From: Ascoidea asiatica JCM 7603
Lineage: Eukaryota > Fungi > Ascomycota
Direction of reading: 5' to 3'
DNA: 64,000 nt
Assembly: GCA_001600695.1 (NCBI GenBank)
Contig: BCKQ01000001.1
Span: 1,178,732-1,242,731, forward strand
Positions 12,592 through 24,267 of the stretch are shown here, one piece after another. Position numbers and translations under genes: made by a program. The notes under the pieces are model-generated. The model was given only the letters and a program-made list of their open reading frames with translations. It made no database searches and was not told the origin of the DNA. Every line of letters begins with the position of its first letter. Position 1 is the first letter of the stretch.

Positions 12592-15500
12592 TTATACAAA
12601 CACGTACATATTTTTATCTGAATCATAAACCATACTATTTTCATCAATTTTAAACTCTTTAAAGCTTTCAAAACCATTATAAATCCATCTCAAATCATAA
12701 AAGCTATCCCAATTTTTTTCGGAGTAATTTAATATTTCACTTTTGTCAAAATAAATTGCTCTTATATTTTGTTTGGTTGAAATATCCTGAACTGCTAAAT
12801 CTACTTTATTAATTCTTTCTTGAAATTTATCAAATTTTGGGGTGAAATCTAAATTTGGAATTGTTCCAAATTCAGTTACTGGAAAATCATTTTTAATTAA
12901 GTACTCTTTAATATTCATTTCTTTTAAATCTTTAATACCATATTTCTTTTTATTATTAAAAAATTTCTTACTTTTACTCACATTTTTATTCTTATACCCA
13001 ACTCTATTGATATTATAGCATAATATTTTATTAAAATCATATTCTTTTTTATATTTTCCATTTGTCAAAATATCTTTATTAACTTCAAACTCAAACCTAT
13101 CAAAATCTTTTAAATCAATATATTCATTATCTGCATATCCTTTGGGTTTAAGATGAGGGAAATTAACTGGATTAATCTTATTTTTATTAAAACTTGTGAT
13201 TGAAATTTCTGGTATATTAACTCTTCGACTTTTGAATCTTTCATTTATATTGGAACTTTTGATTATTCTATCATATGGGTCAATTAATTTAATTCCAATA
13301 TCAATAAATCGATTTTTAGTAGCAAAATAAAATGATCCTCTTAATCCATAAATCGCATGATATTTTAATTCTATTATATCTTTTTCCGATAATTTAGAAT
13401 CATTTTCAATTAGAATACCATTATCAACTCTTTCATATACTTCTTCTTCATAATCCCCTTCTTTACATTCCTTTTCTTTATAAATATTTAAAAGACCGTC
13501 ATATATATATACTGATGATGGATGTATAGATATTGGCATACCTAAAAAACTGGTATAATAGAAAAATGAAATTTCTGGAAACACACAATATAATATTAGT
13601 CCTGTTAAATTCCAATACGAATACGCAATGACTCTAGACATTACAGATATACTTTTAGTTTTATTTTTGTCAAATTTTTTAACACTCAATGCCAGTTCCG
13701 TTTTATGGAATAAACTTGATGGTAAAATATGATACCAATTTGATAAAATTAGATGGAATACCGATGTTGGTAATTGAATAACACCATCCTTGATAGTGTA
13801 ACTATTAAAAATTTGAACAACATACTCCACGAAATTTATTAGCCTATCATTATTCAAATATATACACCACGCTGTATATTGATCTCTAATTTGATTAAAT
13901 GAAAGTGAATAAAAAACTTTTTCTAAAATTTTTTTGAAGTCTTTTAGATTATTTATAACCTCATATAAAATTTTAAAGTCACTCGGTAAACCATATAGCC
14001 TTAATAAAAATGTTGGGATTCCTTGGGAAAATACCCCTGCATAAAATTTTAAAACCTCATCAGGTTCCAAAATTCTGTTTGCCATAGCTTCTCTATAAAG
14101 CTTATTTTCATTTTTTTCTTTATGTTCTTTTTTAAATTCTTCTTTTATTTGCTTCTCTTCTTGGTTTTCTTCTTCATTCAGTACTTTCTTCATTTTGGAC
14201 ATATTATCGATTAATTTATCACTTTTAAGTTCATTTTCATTTGAATGTGATATTTGAACTTTTTTATTAATATCTTTGATAATTTGAGTGTAAGTGGAAC
14301 AAAATAATCGATTATTCTTTTCGTATAATTTTTCAATAATGCTTAAAATCCCGTTTGATAAAGTATTTGCCCAAAGATGGTTAAAAGAGCCGCAACCTTT
14401 TGAAATATAATCATCAACTTCAAAATGATGAACAATACTCAGGCAAGATAAAGAAGAACAAGCTAATAGATTTTCTAAAACTAAATGTTTTTTGCTTGAA
14501 TTATTAATCTGTTTCAAAGTTTCTGCAATTATAAGTTCAGGGAAAAGTTTCGAAAATTTATTTAGGCTTTCAATAATTTTAGGATAATATGATAAAGTTT
14601 TTTGAATTATATCAATAGCAGCATTAAGTTTTTTAAGAGTTTTTTCCAAGTCAGATTTATTTTGACAATTCAGACCTGTATTTTTTGAAAATTGTAAAAA
14701 TTTAAGAAAAGAATTTCCAAAATAAAAAGTAGTTAAATACTGCAGATATAAGTAATCAATAGTTGCAGAGTATATTGAAAGTGAATCAATTTCATATTTA
14801 CCATCTGGGTCTAAAGATTTTTCAAACACATAATCTATCCAACTTATATAAAACATTCTGTATGAAGTTGATAATTGAGTTTCATTATAGATCGGGGAAA
14901 CTGTTAAAATCTCAGATTTAGCAGAATTCGAAAAATATAAAGATTTGAATTGAGAATTATCCCTAACTTTGAATCTTTTACCAGAAGGTTTAGGCTTGTT
15001 TGAAGGAAATGGATCAGAAACATTTCGCACTGTTTTTCTAAAACTCGATTGTCCTTTAGTATTCGGTTTTTTATTCAAAATAGGAACCATATGAGAATTG
15101 AAATTAGAATTAGAGGCAGAAGGAGAGGAATACTTAGAAGTAAGATTTACATTTGAATTGGAAGTAGAATTGAAGTTGAGACTAGAATTGAAGTTGGAGT
15201 TAAAATTTGAGCTTGAAGTTTCATTATATTGCTGACTAAAGGGTTTATTAGTACTTCCCATAAATTGATCATTGGGTTTCTCATGAGAGTATTTATTTGA
15301 GGGTTGATAGCGAGTTTCACTTATAGAGTGACTGAATGATTGATTCAAAACTTCATCTAAGGATTGATTTCGAATCTGGTTGAAAGGGTGATTCAAAGTT
15401 TGGTCTGGAAAAAGATTTAAAGGTTCATTTAAAGATTGATTGAAGGGTTGATTGATTGACTTATCTGAAAGGTGATCGGGTGTACCAGTCAAAGGCTGAT

Positions 15501-16020
15501 TTGATTGTTGATTAGATTGTTGATCAGTATTAAAGGTAGAACTAAAGTCAGTTGGTAAAGATGAAGATGCTTTTGAAGCTTCAGTTAAAGAAGTATTAGA
15601 CTTGGATTTTGGCAAGGATGAAGATGATTTTGAAGATTCTTTTTTCTTATTCTTTTTCATATTTAATTGAGCGATTTCTTCATCATTCAAATCTAGATAA
15701 GAGCAATTTAAATATTGAGTTTTTTTTTTATAAACTTGTTTATTAGTATTAAATCGTTGGCAATTACCACACTCTGGTAAAACTTCATCACATTTGACTC
15801 TCCTATATTTACATTGAAGACATCCTAATCTTGAATTTGAATGCCTTTTACGTTTCTTGGAGAAAGGATCTTCATCATCAATATCATTTTCATTATCATT
15901 GTCATTATTATTATTGCAATTGTAATTATTTTGGTTACCGTAGTTAGGATAATTATTAAGTCTATTAAAATAGTTGTTACCATAAATATTACTTTCAATT
16001 CTCCTGTTTTGTTGACTCAT
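12592..16020 (-). CDS. Zn(II)2Cys6 transcription factor, paralog 3
   Basis: KRKRHSNSRLGCLQCKYRRVKCDEVLPECGNC-x18-CSY; shared motifs SQG, FPEISF, AIYGLR, NFPHLK. Confidence 0.9.
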   Translation of the reverse strand: MSQQNRRIESNIYGNNYFNRLNNYPNYGNQNNYNCNNNNDNDNENDIDDEDPFSKKRKRHSNSRLGCLQCKYRRVKCDEVLPECGNCQRFNTNKQVYKKKTQYLNCSYLDLNDEEIAQLNMKKNKKKESSKSSSSLPKSKSNTSLTEASKASSSLPTDFSSTFNTDQQSNQQSNQPLTGTPDHLSDKSINQPFNQSLNEPLNLFPDQTLNHPFNQIRNQSLDEVLNQSFSHSISETRYQPSNKYSHEKPNDQFMGSTNKPFSQQYNETSSSNFNSNFNSSLNFNSTSNSNVNLTSKYSSPSASNSNFNSHMVPILNKKPNTKGQSSFRKTVRNVSDPFPSNKPKPSGKRFKVRDNSQFKSLYFSNSAKSEILTVSPIYNETQLSTSYRMFYISWIDYVFEKSLDPDGKYEIDSLSIYSATIDYLYLQYLTTFYFGNSFLKFLQFSKNTGLNCQNKSDLEKTLKKLNAAIDIIQKTLSYYPKIIESLNKFSKLFPELIIAETLKQINNSSKKHLVLENLLACSSLSCLSIVHHFEVDDYISKGCGSFNHLWANTLSNGILSIIEKLYEKNNRLFCSTYTQIIKDINKKVQISHSNENELKSDKLIDNMSKMKKVLNEEENQEEKQIKEEFKKEHKEKNENKLYREAMANRILEPDEVLKFYAGVFSQGIPTFLLRLYGLPSDFKILYEVINNLKDFKKILEKVFYSLSFNQIRDQYTAWCIYLNNDRLINFVEYVVQIFNSYTIKDGVIQLPTSVFHLILSNWYHILPSSLFHKTELALSVKKFDKNKTKSISVMSRVIAYSYWNLTGLILYCVFPEISFFYYTSFLGMPISIHPSSVYIYDGLLNIYKEKECKEGDYEEEVYERVDNGILIENDSKLSEKDIIELKYHAIYGLRGSFYFATKNRFIDIGIKLIDPYDRIIKSSNINERFKSRRVNIPEISITSFNKNKINPVNFPHLKPKGYADNEYIDLKDFDRFEFEVNKDILTNGKYKKEYDFNKILCYNINRVGYKNKNVSKSKKFFNNKKKYGIKDLKEMNIKEYLIKNDFPVTEFGTIPNLDFTPKFDKFQERINKVDLAVQDISTKQNIRAIYFDKSEILNYSEKNWDSFYDLRWIYNGFESFKEFKIDENSMVYDSDKNMYVFV

Positions 16021-17190
16021 GATTTAAACTAAATTATTATTTCTTCTTTAATCAAACTCATTAATAAACTGTAATGATTAAATTATTGAATTATCTACCA
16101 TAAGTAATTGATTAATTGAATTATTGATTATCTGAGTGTTTGGTTGCATCTCAAATTTTTCATAGTTCATTCACTTGATTATTCAAGTTTTTTATATGAA
16201 TAAATGGTTAAATAAATATATTTAAATTGGTAGAAAACTTGTCATTGCTCCACTTGTAACTATATCTAATAAAAATTTTAACTTTAACCTTGGAAATAAA
16301 ATGACATGAGTTTGGAGCTTTATTGAAACTCAAAAGCTCTTCAATAAACGATAATCTGAGTTATTCTCTCTTTGAAGTTTGTTATGAGCAAAAGAATAAA
16401 TAAAAATTCTCAACTTTAGAAGCTAAGAGCTTTCTTTGTGGTTTTCAATATTTTGGTAAATCAAAAAAATGTAAACTTAAGACAGTTCAGTAGCAGTGTT
16501 CTCATGAGCGGACCTTCCAGAGTTCGACCCCGAGATTACGTAATTTCTTACCCAATTTCTTTTTCAAAAGATAGCCAATGAAAACATTAAGTTGAAGCTA
16601 AAACCTGCAGGGGTAAGTTTATGTTTACACATACATTTTTGTACTTATGGATTTTTTGCTATGTTTGTCTGTAAGCCCAAAGTACTAAAAACACTACAGT
16701 AAATAATAGAAATATTTCAAAAATTAAGAAAATTACGTAACCCTTACCCACATAACCGAACTTGCCGGAAGTGAAATTCCCCTATAAAGTTACACTCCGA
16801 ACGTCTAGGCCAAGGCCTATTTATAATTGTACGTAAATTTCAAATGTATAATGGCGTTGATGTACTGATTTATGTAGAGTGAAGCGGTTTGTTTTTTCTT
16901 CAAAAAACTAGCTGAATTTTTACCGGATTTTTTTCCGAAAAATTTTCACAAATACAGAGTTTTCAATATGCTGTATATCAGGGCTACCTAATAAATGGCG
17001 ACATTTTCTTTGTATTGAATATTACTTCTTCGATATCAAAATATTTTATTGAATGCTTTATTTACTAGAAGCGGTTCAGAAAACGATTTTAAAAAATATA
17101 ATCATTCAATAATTTAGTAAATACAATTCATCACAACTACACAACTATAAACTAGAAAAAAAACAGCATTATCCACTTTATTTACCCACA

Positions 17191-20088
17191 TTATTTGATG
17201 CCGAATACAGGTTTAAATTGTTTGATTAATAACCAATCTTCTCTAGAAACATCTTCTCTTAATGCTGGATCTTTTAATGTATCAATACTTTTTCTTGTAA
17301 GTAATGAATATAAAGTATCCGTTTCATCGAAATGTCTTCCCCAAGTTGGTTGGGCAGCTGAAGGGTTATCTAATCTCATTGCAACGCCTGCTGCTGATTG
17401 TCCCTTTTTAACAACTGTTTTTGATTCATGATTAACTTCTAAACTAATAACTCTTCCTAATAATAGTATATCTTTTTGTTTAGTTTCAGGATGAATTTTG
17501 ACTGCACAGATTGGTGTTCCAATTTTCAATGTTCCTTCAACAACATCAACTCCAATAATCATTGGATTTCTTTTATTGATTATTTGAATAGTTTTTAAAA
17601 CAACTGGATATACTGCTAAATCTTTGATTTCTTCTCTTCTTTTCTGTAATAATTTCTCTTGATATTCTTTGAAGGAATCAAATAAATGATAAATAATGTC
17701 AGCATTAAATATTTTGATTTTTTGTTCTTCTGCATACTGTTCTGCTTCTTTATCAATTTTAACATCAAAACATAACATTACTGCAAATTCGGGTGCTTTA
17801 TCAATCATTGCTGTGGCTTTCATAACATCTCTTTTATAAACAGGTCCTAATCCAACTGACATTACTGGAATCTTCATATCTTTTAAGAAATCTAATAAAG
17901 CTTCTAAAGAACCTAATGTTGATGCTTGAACTGTAACCCCTCTACCAGAAGTATCAACTGAATCTAATAATCCAGTCAAATCTTCCATAACATCATCCAT
18001 AAATTCTTCTTCATCTTCTTCAGACTCAACAACTAACAATCTAGAACCAGCAACTGCCTTTTCTAAATCATTTGCTGCAATTTTAACACCTAAAGCTGCT
18101 TTAACTTCTTTATGATGAATGTAATCAGATTTGATTCTTAATTCTCTTAATGGTTGAGGTGTTAATAAAGCCCTAATATTTGTTGCAATCGGTCCATTTA
18201 ACCCGCATAAAACAATTCTATCTCCTTCTCTTAAGACACCATTAGATAAAATTACATCAATTGTAGTACCTAAACCTTCGATAACTTTAACTTCTAAAAT
18301 TGTTGCTTCAATTTCAGATAAATACATTAATTGTTTTGACATTCTCTTTTGAGTTAATTCTAATAATAACCATAATAAATCGGGTACACCTTCTCCAGTT
18401 ACTGCTGATGTTGGAACTATAGAAACATATTTTGCCATATTTTTATTTTGAAAATATAATTCAGAATTTAACCCTTGTTCGGCTAACTCAACTTTAATTT
18501 TTTGATATCTATCATCAAATTCTTGTTGAACTGTATTTTTTTGAGAGTTAAATGAATCTCTGAAAGAATTGTTTGGAATTGCATTCCATCCATATAATCT
18601 ATCAATTTTATTTAATGCTACAACAAATGGAGCTTTTCTATCTCTTAATAATCTTATTGATTCAATTGTTTGTTGTTCTAAACCATGCATGATATCAATA
18701 ACCAAAATTGCAATGTTACAAAGTGAAGAACCTCTTGATCTTAAATTTGTAAAGGACTCGTGGCCTGGTGTATCAATAATTAATAAACCTGGTACATCAA
18801 AAGTTTGTTTCTCAAATTTAGTCATTACTTCAGTTTTCTTTTTAATTGCATCAATTGGGAAATAAGTTGCACCAATTTGTTGAGTAATTCCACCGGCTTC
18901 ACCACCTTGAACATTAGTTTGTCTGATTTTATCTAATAATTTGGTTTTACCAGTATCAACATGACCAAGAATACAACAAATTGGGGAACGTAAATCATTA
19001 GTTTTGGAGAGTTCTTTATTCTTTTTATTTGTTTTAGAGACTGTTGTTGTTGATGATGATGAAGATGGAGGAGTATATTTATTAGTAGTGCTAGGACTAT
19101 TGATAGTTGAAACATTAGATAATTTATCTTCTTTTTTAGATGAAACTTCAGGTATTGGAGTTGAAGAAACAGATTTACTTTCTTTGATATCATTATTCAA
19201 AGATTCAGTTTCCCAATCATCATCAGCTAAAGGTTCATCATCTTGAAGATCTAAGTTTTCCCAATCATCAACAAGAGCTTCTTCTTCTTCTTCATGAATC
19301 TGGGAAATTTTTCCATTTGAAGATTCTTTTTCAGAACTTGTACTTGAAACAGTTGAATTATCTTTGTTTTGAGATTTTTGAGATTTTTGAGCTTTATTTT
19401 TTTTACCATATACTATTTTTTTATTTGATTCTTTTGAATCAGCAGTTGATGATGATTCATCAAGAGCAGCAATCTGAATATTTGAAGATTGTAAAAATAA
19501 AGCTTTTTTTCTTTCCTGATCTTTTTTTAGTTCTTTTTGTTTCTTATTAAGCCATTTACCTTCTGATTTTAACTTTTCTCTTTTTAATCTTTCTTTCTCT
19601 TTTTTTATTTTTTTTTGTTCTTCTTTTAATTTTTCATCTTGAATTCTTTTTTCTTCTTCTTCTTTAATTTTTTGTTCCTCTTCTTCTTTCAATCTTTGTT
19701 CTTCTTCTTCTTGTTTCTTTCTTAATTCCATTTGTTTTTTCAACAATGCAATTCCTGGAGCAATTTTCTTAGCATTACTCTTCTTATTTTTGGAACCCGA
19801 AGAAGCAGTTGGAGGTGGGGTTGTGTCACTGGAATCAGCAGAATTTGATTTTGATTTTGCTTGATCTTTATTGGCTTCACTTATTTGTTTTTTTTGAGCT
19901 TGCTGTTGAGCCTTTTTTTTTTTGGCTAATTCTTTCTTTCTTTGTTTTTCTTTCTCTTTTTTCTCTTTTTCTTTTTCTTTTTTTGATTTCAATACAACTT
20001 TTTTTTCATCTTGCTTAGCTTTAGTTTTTTTTAAAGCATCCATAAAATCATTTGATGGAGCAGAAGCTGATTCTTCAATTTCAGACAT
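17191..20088 (-). CDS. FUN12: Translation initiation factor eIF5B
   Basis: [64 protein letters not shown]; K/E-rich N-terminus. Confidence 0.98.
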   Translation of the reverse strand: MSEIEESASAPSNDFMDALKKTKAKQDEKKVVLKSKKEKEKEKKEKEKQRKKELAKKKKAQQQAQKKQISEANKDQAKSKSNSADSSDTTPPPTASSGSKNKKSNAKKIAPGIALLKKQMELRKKQEEEEQRLKEEEEQKIKEEEEKRIQDEKLKEEQKKIKKEKERLKREKLKSEGKWLNKKQKELKKDQERKKALFLQSSNIQIAALDESSSTADSKESNKKIVYGKKNKAQKSQKSQNKDNSTVSSTSSEKESSNGKISQIHEEEEEALVDDWENLDLQDDEPLADDDWETESLNNDIKESKSVSSTPIPEVSSKKEDKLSNVSTINSPSTTNKYTPPSSSSSTTTVSKTNKKNKELSKTNDLRSPICCILGHVDTGKTKLLDKIRQTNVQGGEAGGITQQIGATYFPIDAIKKKTEVMTKFEKQTFDVPGLLIIDTPGHESFTNLRSRGSSLCNIAILVIDIMHGLEQQTIESIRLLRDRKAPFVVALNKIDRLYGWNAIPNNSFRDSFNSQKNTVQQEFDDRYQKIKVELAEQGLNSELYFQNKNMAKYVSIVPTSAVTGEGVPDLLWLLLELTQKRMSKQLMYLSEIEATILEVKVIEGLGTTIDVILSNGVLREGDRIVLCGLNGPIATNIRALLTPQPLRELRIKSDYIHHKEVKAALGVKIAANDLEKAVAGSRLLVVESEEDEEEFMDDVMEDLTGLLDSVDTSGRGVTVQASTLGSLEALLDFLKDMKIPVMSVGLGPVYKRDVMKATAMIDKAPEFAVMLCFDVKIDKEAEQYAEEQKIKIFNADIIYHLFDSFKEYQEKLLQKRREEIKDLAVYPVVLKTIQIINKRNPMIIGVDVVEGTLKIGTPICAVKIHPETKQKDILLLGRVISLEVNHESKTVVKKGQSAAGVAMRLDNPSAAQPTWGRHFDETDTLYSLLTRKSIDTLKDPALREDVSREDWLLIKQFKPVFGIK

Positions 20089-20367
20089 TTTGAAATAGAT
20101 TAATAATGGGAGTTGAAATTTAGGTAAATTTGTATTATGAAAATAGTAAGTATTTCGTAAAATTATCTAGTGAAATGAATACATTAGTCTTAATATATTG
20201 TACAATAATATTAAGAAAGACAAATTTAAAGTGAATAAATTTGATTCTATTTAAAAACTATTAAAAGGATCACTATTCTCTTTTTTTTGGTTACTTGAGA
20301 TTGAACTGATTTAAATTTCACTCGATTGACCTGTCCCTAAATGGGTTTGGATTTGAAATTGTAATAT

Positions 20368-20378
20368 AAAAATTTTCA
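20368..20378. promoter_or_regulatory. RRPE element upstream of FUN12
   Basis: AAAAATTTTCA about 280 bp upstream of the ATG, next to TCATGTGAT (20401-20409); typical of ribosome-biogenesis and translation genes. Confidence 0.5.
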
Positions 20379-20885
20379 GTGCACAGAAAAAAGGCAATGA
20401 TCATGTGATACACAATCTAGTTTTTGACACCATTATAACGGATCCTTTTTATTTTATTCTTAATATTTTAAACCGAGACCATACAAGCGGGTCTTTTAAA
20501 TGTTTTTTTTCTTAAAGCACGGGACTCTTAAGAGACCAGAAAAAGGGTCTTTTTACCTGAAATAACGAGACCATTTTTGGGGCGCCTGTGTCTAAATTTA
20601 CAGTTAGCGTTGGCTATTTATTTATTTATTAATTGTTTCCAGTGGTTAACGTTACGATGCAAATTGAAATTAAGGTCTTTCATTGATTTGGTACTGAAGT
20701 AGCTGGCCTTGAGTATGGAGTGAAATCGATTTAGGTAAACCTTGAAACCTTTCAAAATAATAATAATAATATAATTAATAATATTTTATCATTTCCTAAA
20801 TATTCTTGATTCAATGATCATTGATCAATGAAGAAAACTAATAGTCTACAGCCAATAATCATCTATTGGAATTATCAAATATATA

Positions 20886-23800
20886 ATGTTTAGTCGTAAT
20901 AAACATAAAAAGACAGGCTCTTTTTTTTGGTCTTCTTCTTCTCCATCAACTGAAAAATCAAATTCAACATCGTTTGAGAAGTCTTCATCTAGATCATCTT
21001 TGAATCCTTCAAATAATCTTAATATAAATTCAAATAAAAGTTCACTTTCTAATAAAGTTTCTAATAAAAATTTAAGTTCTTCAAAGAGATCTCCAAATTC
21101 AAATTTATCCAAATTTGAGCAAACCCCATTTCTTTACGAGAAAAAATATGCAACTTCAATAACAAATAGAACAATATTATTATCGACTTATTCAAGTTTG
21201 AACGACTCTTTAGGTCCCCCTGATTTAATTCTTCTTTCAAAATTCTCAAAATCTATTGATAAAGATATTGGACAATTTCATTATTTAATTGGTTTAGAAG
21301 TTAATTCAATATCTTCTCCTGTTGCATATTTAACTACTTTAATATTCAATGAGAATCAAAAAAAAATAATTAAAGATTCAGATTTATATCAATCTTCTAT
21401 TAATAACATTAATAATACTAGTAATTCTAATAATAATAATGGGAATACTATCAATAATATAAATAATAGCAGTAATAATGATAATGTCAATTTAGCTTCA
21501 AAAAATTTCGAAACTGGTACTTATTGTATATGGAACTTATTTAGTAAATGTGATTTAAGAATTCGAATTGAATTTCCCTCTAAAACTCCTTCAATTCAAA
21601 TTTTAGATAGAAACGGTAAGCAACTCCCATTGAAAACTTTTCAACCTTTGAATTTACCTTTAAAACTATCCAAAAATCAAAATCAGCATCAAAGAACTGA
21701 TTCTAATTACACAAATTCAGCTATCTCTTCAGCTTCTGCTTCAACTACCACTTTCAATGAAAATCATTTAAAAATTACAAATAATAACCTAAAAAACTTT
21801 TCCACTATTTCTTTACATTCAAATACAAATCTTGATTCTCTTGATAACAAAAATATTCCTTCAACTAATTCATCTAATATTCAATCTAATAATCATAACA
21901 AAAGTCTTTCAGTCGATCTAGATAAAATTCTTACTGATTCTTGTTTAGTATCACCTGCTTCCTCTAGTCTAAATTTAACTACAATTGCAAATAATTTAAG
22001 TAATTCAAACCTAAGTACGAATTTAAATAATGCAATTGATAATAGTTCAAATAAAAATTCTGTTGAAAATAATAACATAGAACATAAAAAAGTTAATTCC
22101 TCTTCTTCTTTTTCATCTTCCAGTAATAATATCAATACTAATAATAATATTAATACCAATCCAATAAACCCTTCCAAAAGCAATAATGTTTCAAAATCAA
22201 CTTTAAACTCTTATAATGCATTATTCAATTTAACTGATGATTTTTGGTTAGAAATTTATATATCCGGTTTAATTAGATTATTTCAATTTTCTTCAGATTT
22301 GGATCATTTTAAGCCCGCTTTAATTCAATTAAATCCTTTACAAACTAAATCTTCTGCAAAAAGAATTATAAAGTCAATTCTAAAATTATTACATAGAGGT
22401 CATTTAACAGGTTGCTCAAATTTAAATTCTTCTCCAAATTTTGTTAATAATTATTTAGTTGATACATTATTAAAGGTTTTAGAAATAACTGATTTATATT
22501 ATTATTCAATTGAATTAATTCAACAATTAATTAAAAGAAATTTTTTATATCATTTGATTTTGATCAAAGTTTTATCTCAACAAAAAGATAATGAAATCAA
22601 ATTTGTGAATGAATTAAATAAAGGTATTCAATTTTATACAAATGATAAAAGAGTTAATTCAAATTTCATTAAAATCAACTATTTATATATTTACCTAATT
22701 GAACAGAGTAAATTTTTATTTGAAAAAAAAAAGTTAAATACTTCTTTATATTTGGCTATAAAAGCAGTCGAATCAAAACCTTCTGAATTTATTTGTTGGA
22801 AAAACTTAGTTGAAATATATATTTTTAAAAAAGACTTCAAAAATGCATTATTAACATTAAATTCATGTCCGATTTATCCATTTAATACAACTTTTTATAA
22901 TCATTTGATAAATTCTGAAAATTCTATATTTGACTTAAAAAATTCAGAATTTTTTAAGTTTCCATATCCTTTTATTTTCAAATCTAAGGAAAAACAATTT
23001 TTGAAAGAAAAGATTGATATATATGATAATTCAAACGATTTAAATTCAATTGGAATGATTGGAGATATTTTAATTCATTGTGGTAAAACTGGTCCTTTAT
23101 ACAAGAGAAATTTTGAAAACATGTCAAATGCATATATCGCAAGTGAAAATGAACTTTTAAGCGTTGACCCAACTTTATTAAATTTAAATAGTAATAAATT
23201 GAAAGGTACTCTAAAAGTAGCTTATGATTTATTGGCTAGTTTGGTTATCTTGATTGGTTGGGATTCTTTATTAAATATACGAAAAGAAATATTTGTAATG
23301 CAAAATGAATATAACGAGAAAATTGCCTTATCGAATTTAAAATCAAAAGGTGAAAAACTAGAAAATAATCATAAATCAACAGCAATACCAGGAGAAGCAA
23401 AAGAAACAGAAAAAAATACAGGAGAGGAACTTCTTTTTAAGGAATTTCAGAGTAAAAGGTTATGTGAAAAATGGTTAGATACAATTTTTATATTTTTATA
23501 TGATGATTTAAGAGTTGTAATGGATTGGGAAGAAGAATTCAAAAAAGATTCAAAAAATATTCAACACTCGTCATTAGAATGGGATTTAATCGGACATGTC
23601 GGATATAATGTTAAGCATTATGATTTGAGTATTGCATCATTAAGAACATCAATCTCAGCCAATTATTCAATAATTTCATCTTTGAAATTATGTAAAATTA
23701 TTGATGATTTTTTAATGAATTTCAATAGATTTAAGAAATTAAATCTTGGAGTATTACAAAATTTAAATGATGATGGGTATGATCTTAAAAATGTTTCAAG

Positions 23801-24164
23801 TTTTTCAAAAAATTTATATTCAATTGGATTAAGTAATATTGTAAGTAAAAATCAAAAGCAATTAATTTTAAAAAAAGACAATGTTATAAGTATTGAACAT
23901 GGTAGTTATGATAATAATTTATATTTAGATTTAATTTTAGAATGTATTTTAAAAAATATTTTATGGTATAATAGATGGTATCAAGATTTCTCAATGAATT
24001 CTTTGATTACTTTGAAACATATTTTAAAAGAAAATGATAAAGAGTTCATCAGAAATAAGATTAAATCTAAATTTTTTAGTTTTAAAAAAGATGATAAAGA
24101 AGCGTATGATATTCTTGCATTATTTGATAGATATGTGAATTGGATTGAAATGTTTGAAGATTGA
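20886..24164 (+). CDS. ChAPs-family exomer cargo adaptor (Chs6/Bch1/Bch2/Bud7 family)
   Basis: LGPPDL, IGQFHYLIG, AVESKPSEFICWKNL...FKNALLTLNSCP, IGWDSLLNIRKEIFVM, KRLCEKWLD...LYDDLR, EWDLIG, WYNRWY. Paralog not assignable. Confidence 0.92.
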   Translation: MFSRNKHKKTGSFFWSSSSPSTEKSNSTSFEKSSSRSSLNPSNNLNINSNKSSLSNKVSNKNLSSSKRSPNSNLSKFEQTPFLYEKKYATSITNRTILLSTYSSLNDSLGPPDLILLSKFSKSIDKDIGQFHYLIGLEVNSISSPVAYLTTLIFNENQKKIIKDSDLYQSSINNINNTSNSNNNNGNTINNINNSSNNDNVNLASKNFETGTYCIWNLFSKCDLRIRIEFPSKTPSIQILDRNGKQLPLKTFQPLNLPLKLSKNQNQHQRTDSNYTNSAISSASASTTTFNENHLKITNNNLKNFSTISLHSNTNLDSLDNKNIPSTNSSNIQSNNHNKSLSVDLDKILTDSCLVSPASSSLNLTTIANNLSNSNLSTNLNNAIDNSSNKNSVENNNIEHKKVNSSSSFSSSSNNINTNNNINTNPINPSKSNNVSKSTLNSYNALFNLTDDFWLEIYISGLIRLFQFSSDLDHFKPALIQLNPLQTKSSAKRIIKSILKLLHRGHLTGCSNLNSSPNFVNNYLVDTLLKVLEITDLYYYSIELIQQLIKRNFLYHLILIKVLSQQKDNEIKFVNELNKGIQFYTNDKRVNSNFIKINYLYIYLIEQSKFLFEKKKLNTSLYLAIKAVESKPSEFICWKNLVEIYIFKKDFKNALLTLNSCPIYPFNTTFYNHLINSENSIFDLKNSEFFKFPYPFIFKSKEKQFLKEKIDIYDNSNDLNSIGMIGDILIHCGKTGPLYKRNFENMSNAYIASENELLSVDPTLLNLNSNKLKGTLKVAYDLLASLVILIGWDSLLNIRKEIFVMQNEYNEKIALSNLKSKGEKLENNHKSTAIPGEAKETEKNTGEELLFKEFQSKRLCEKWLDTIFIFLYDDLRVVMDWEEEFKKDSKNIQHSSLEWDLIGHVGYNVKHYDLSIASLRTSISANYSIISSLKLCKIIDDFLMNFNRFKKLNLGVLQNLNDDGYDLKNVSSFSKNLYSIGLSNIVSKNQKQLILKKDNVISIEHGSYDNNLYLDLILECILKNILWYNRWYQDFSMNSLITLKHILKENDKEFIRNKIKSKFFSFKKDDKEAYDILALFDRYVNWIEMFED

Positions 24165-24267
24165 AAAAATCCTAATTGAGAAAATAGAATATATAGTATA
24201 TATTATATATTTGAGTTAGGATACAGTATATAAAATTATAAAAATACTATTTTAAATTTAGTGATAT

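Noticed and set aside
2569-16020. Naming the TFs UPC2 or ECM22
   Set aside because: Only the DBD is similar; Upc2 C-terminal motifs were not recognised.
16480-16545. B-box-like GTTCGACCC (also GTTCGAGCC near 7552) as a possible tRNA
   Set aside because: No T-stem pairing or cloverleaf; at most an isolated TFIIIC-like site.
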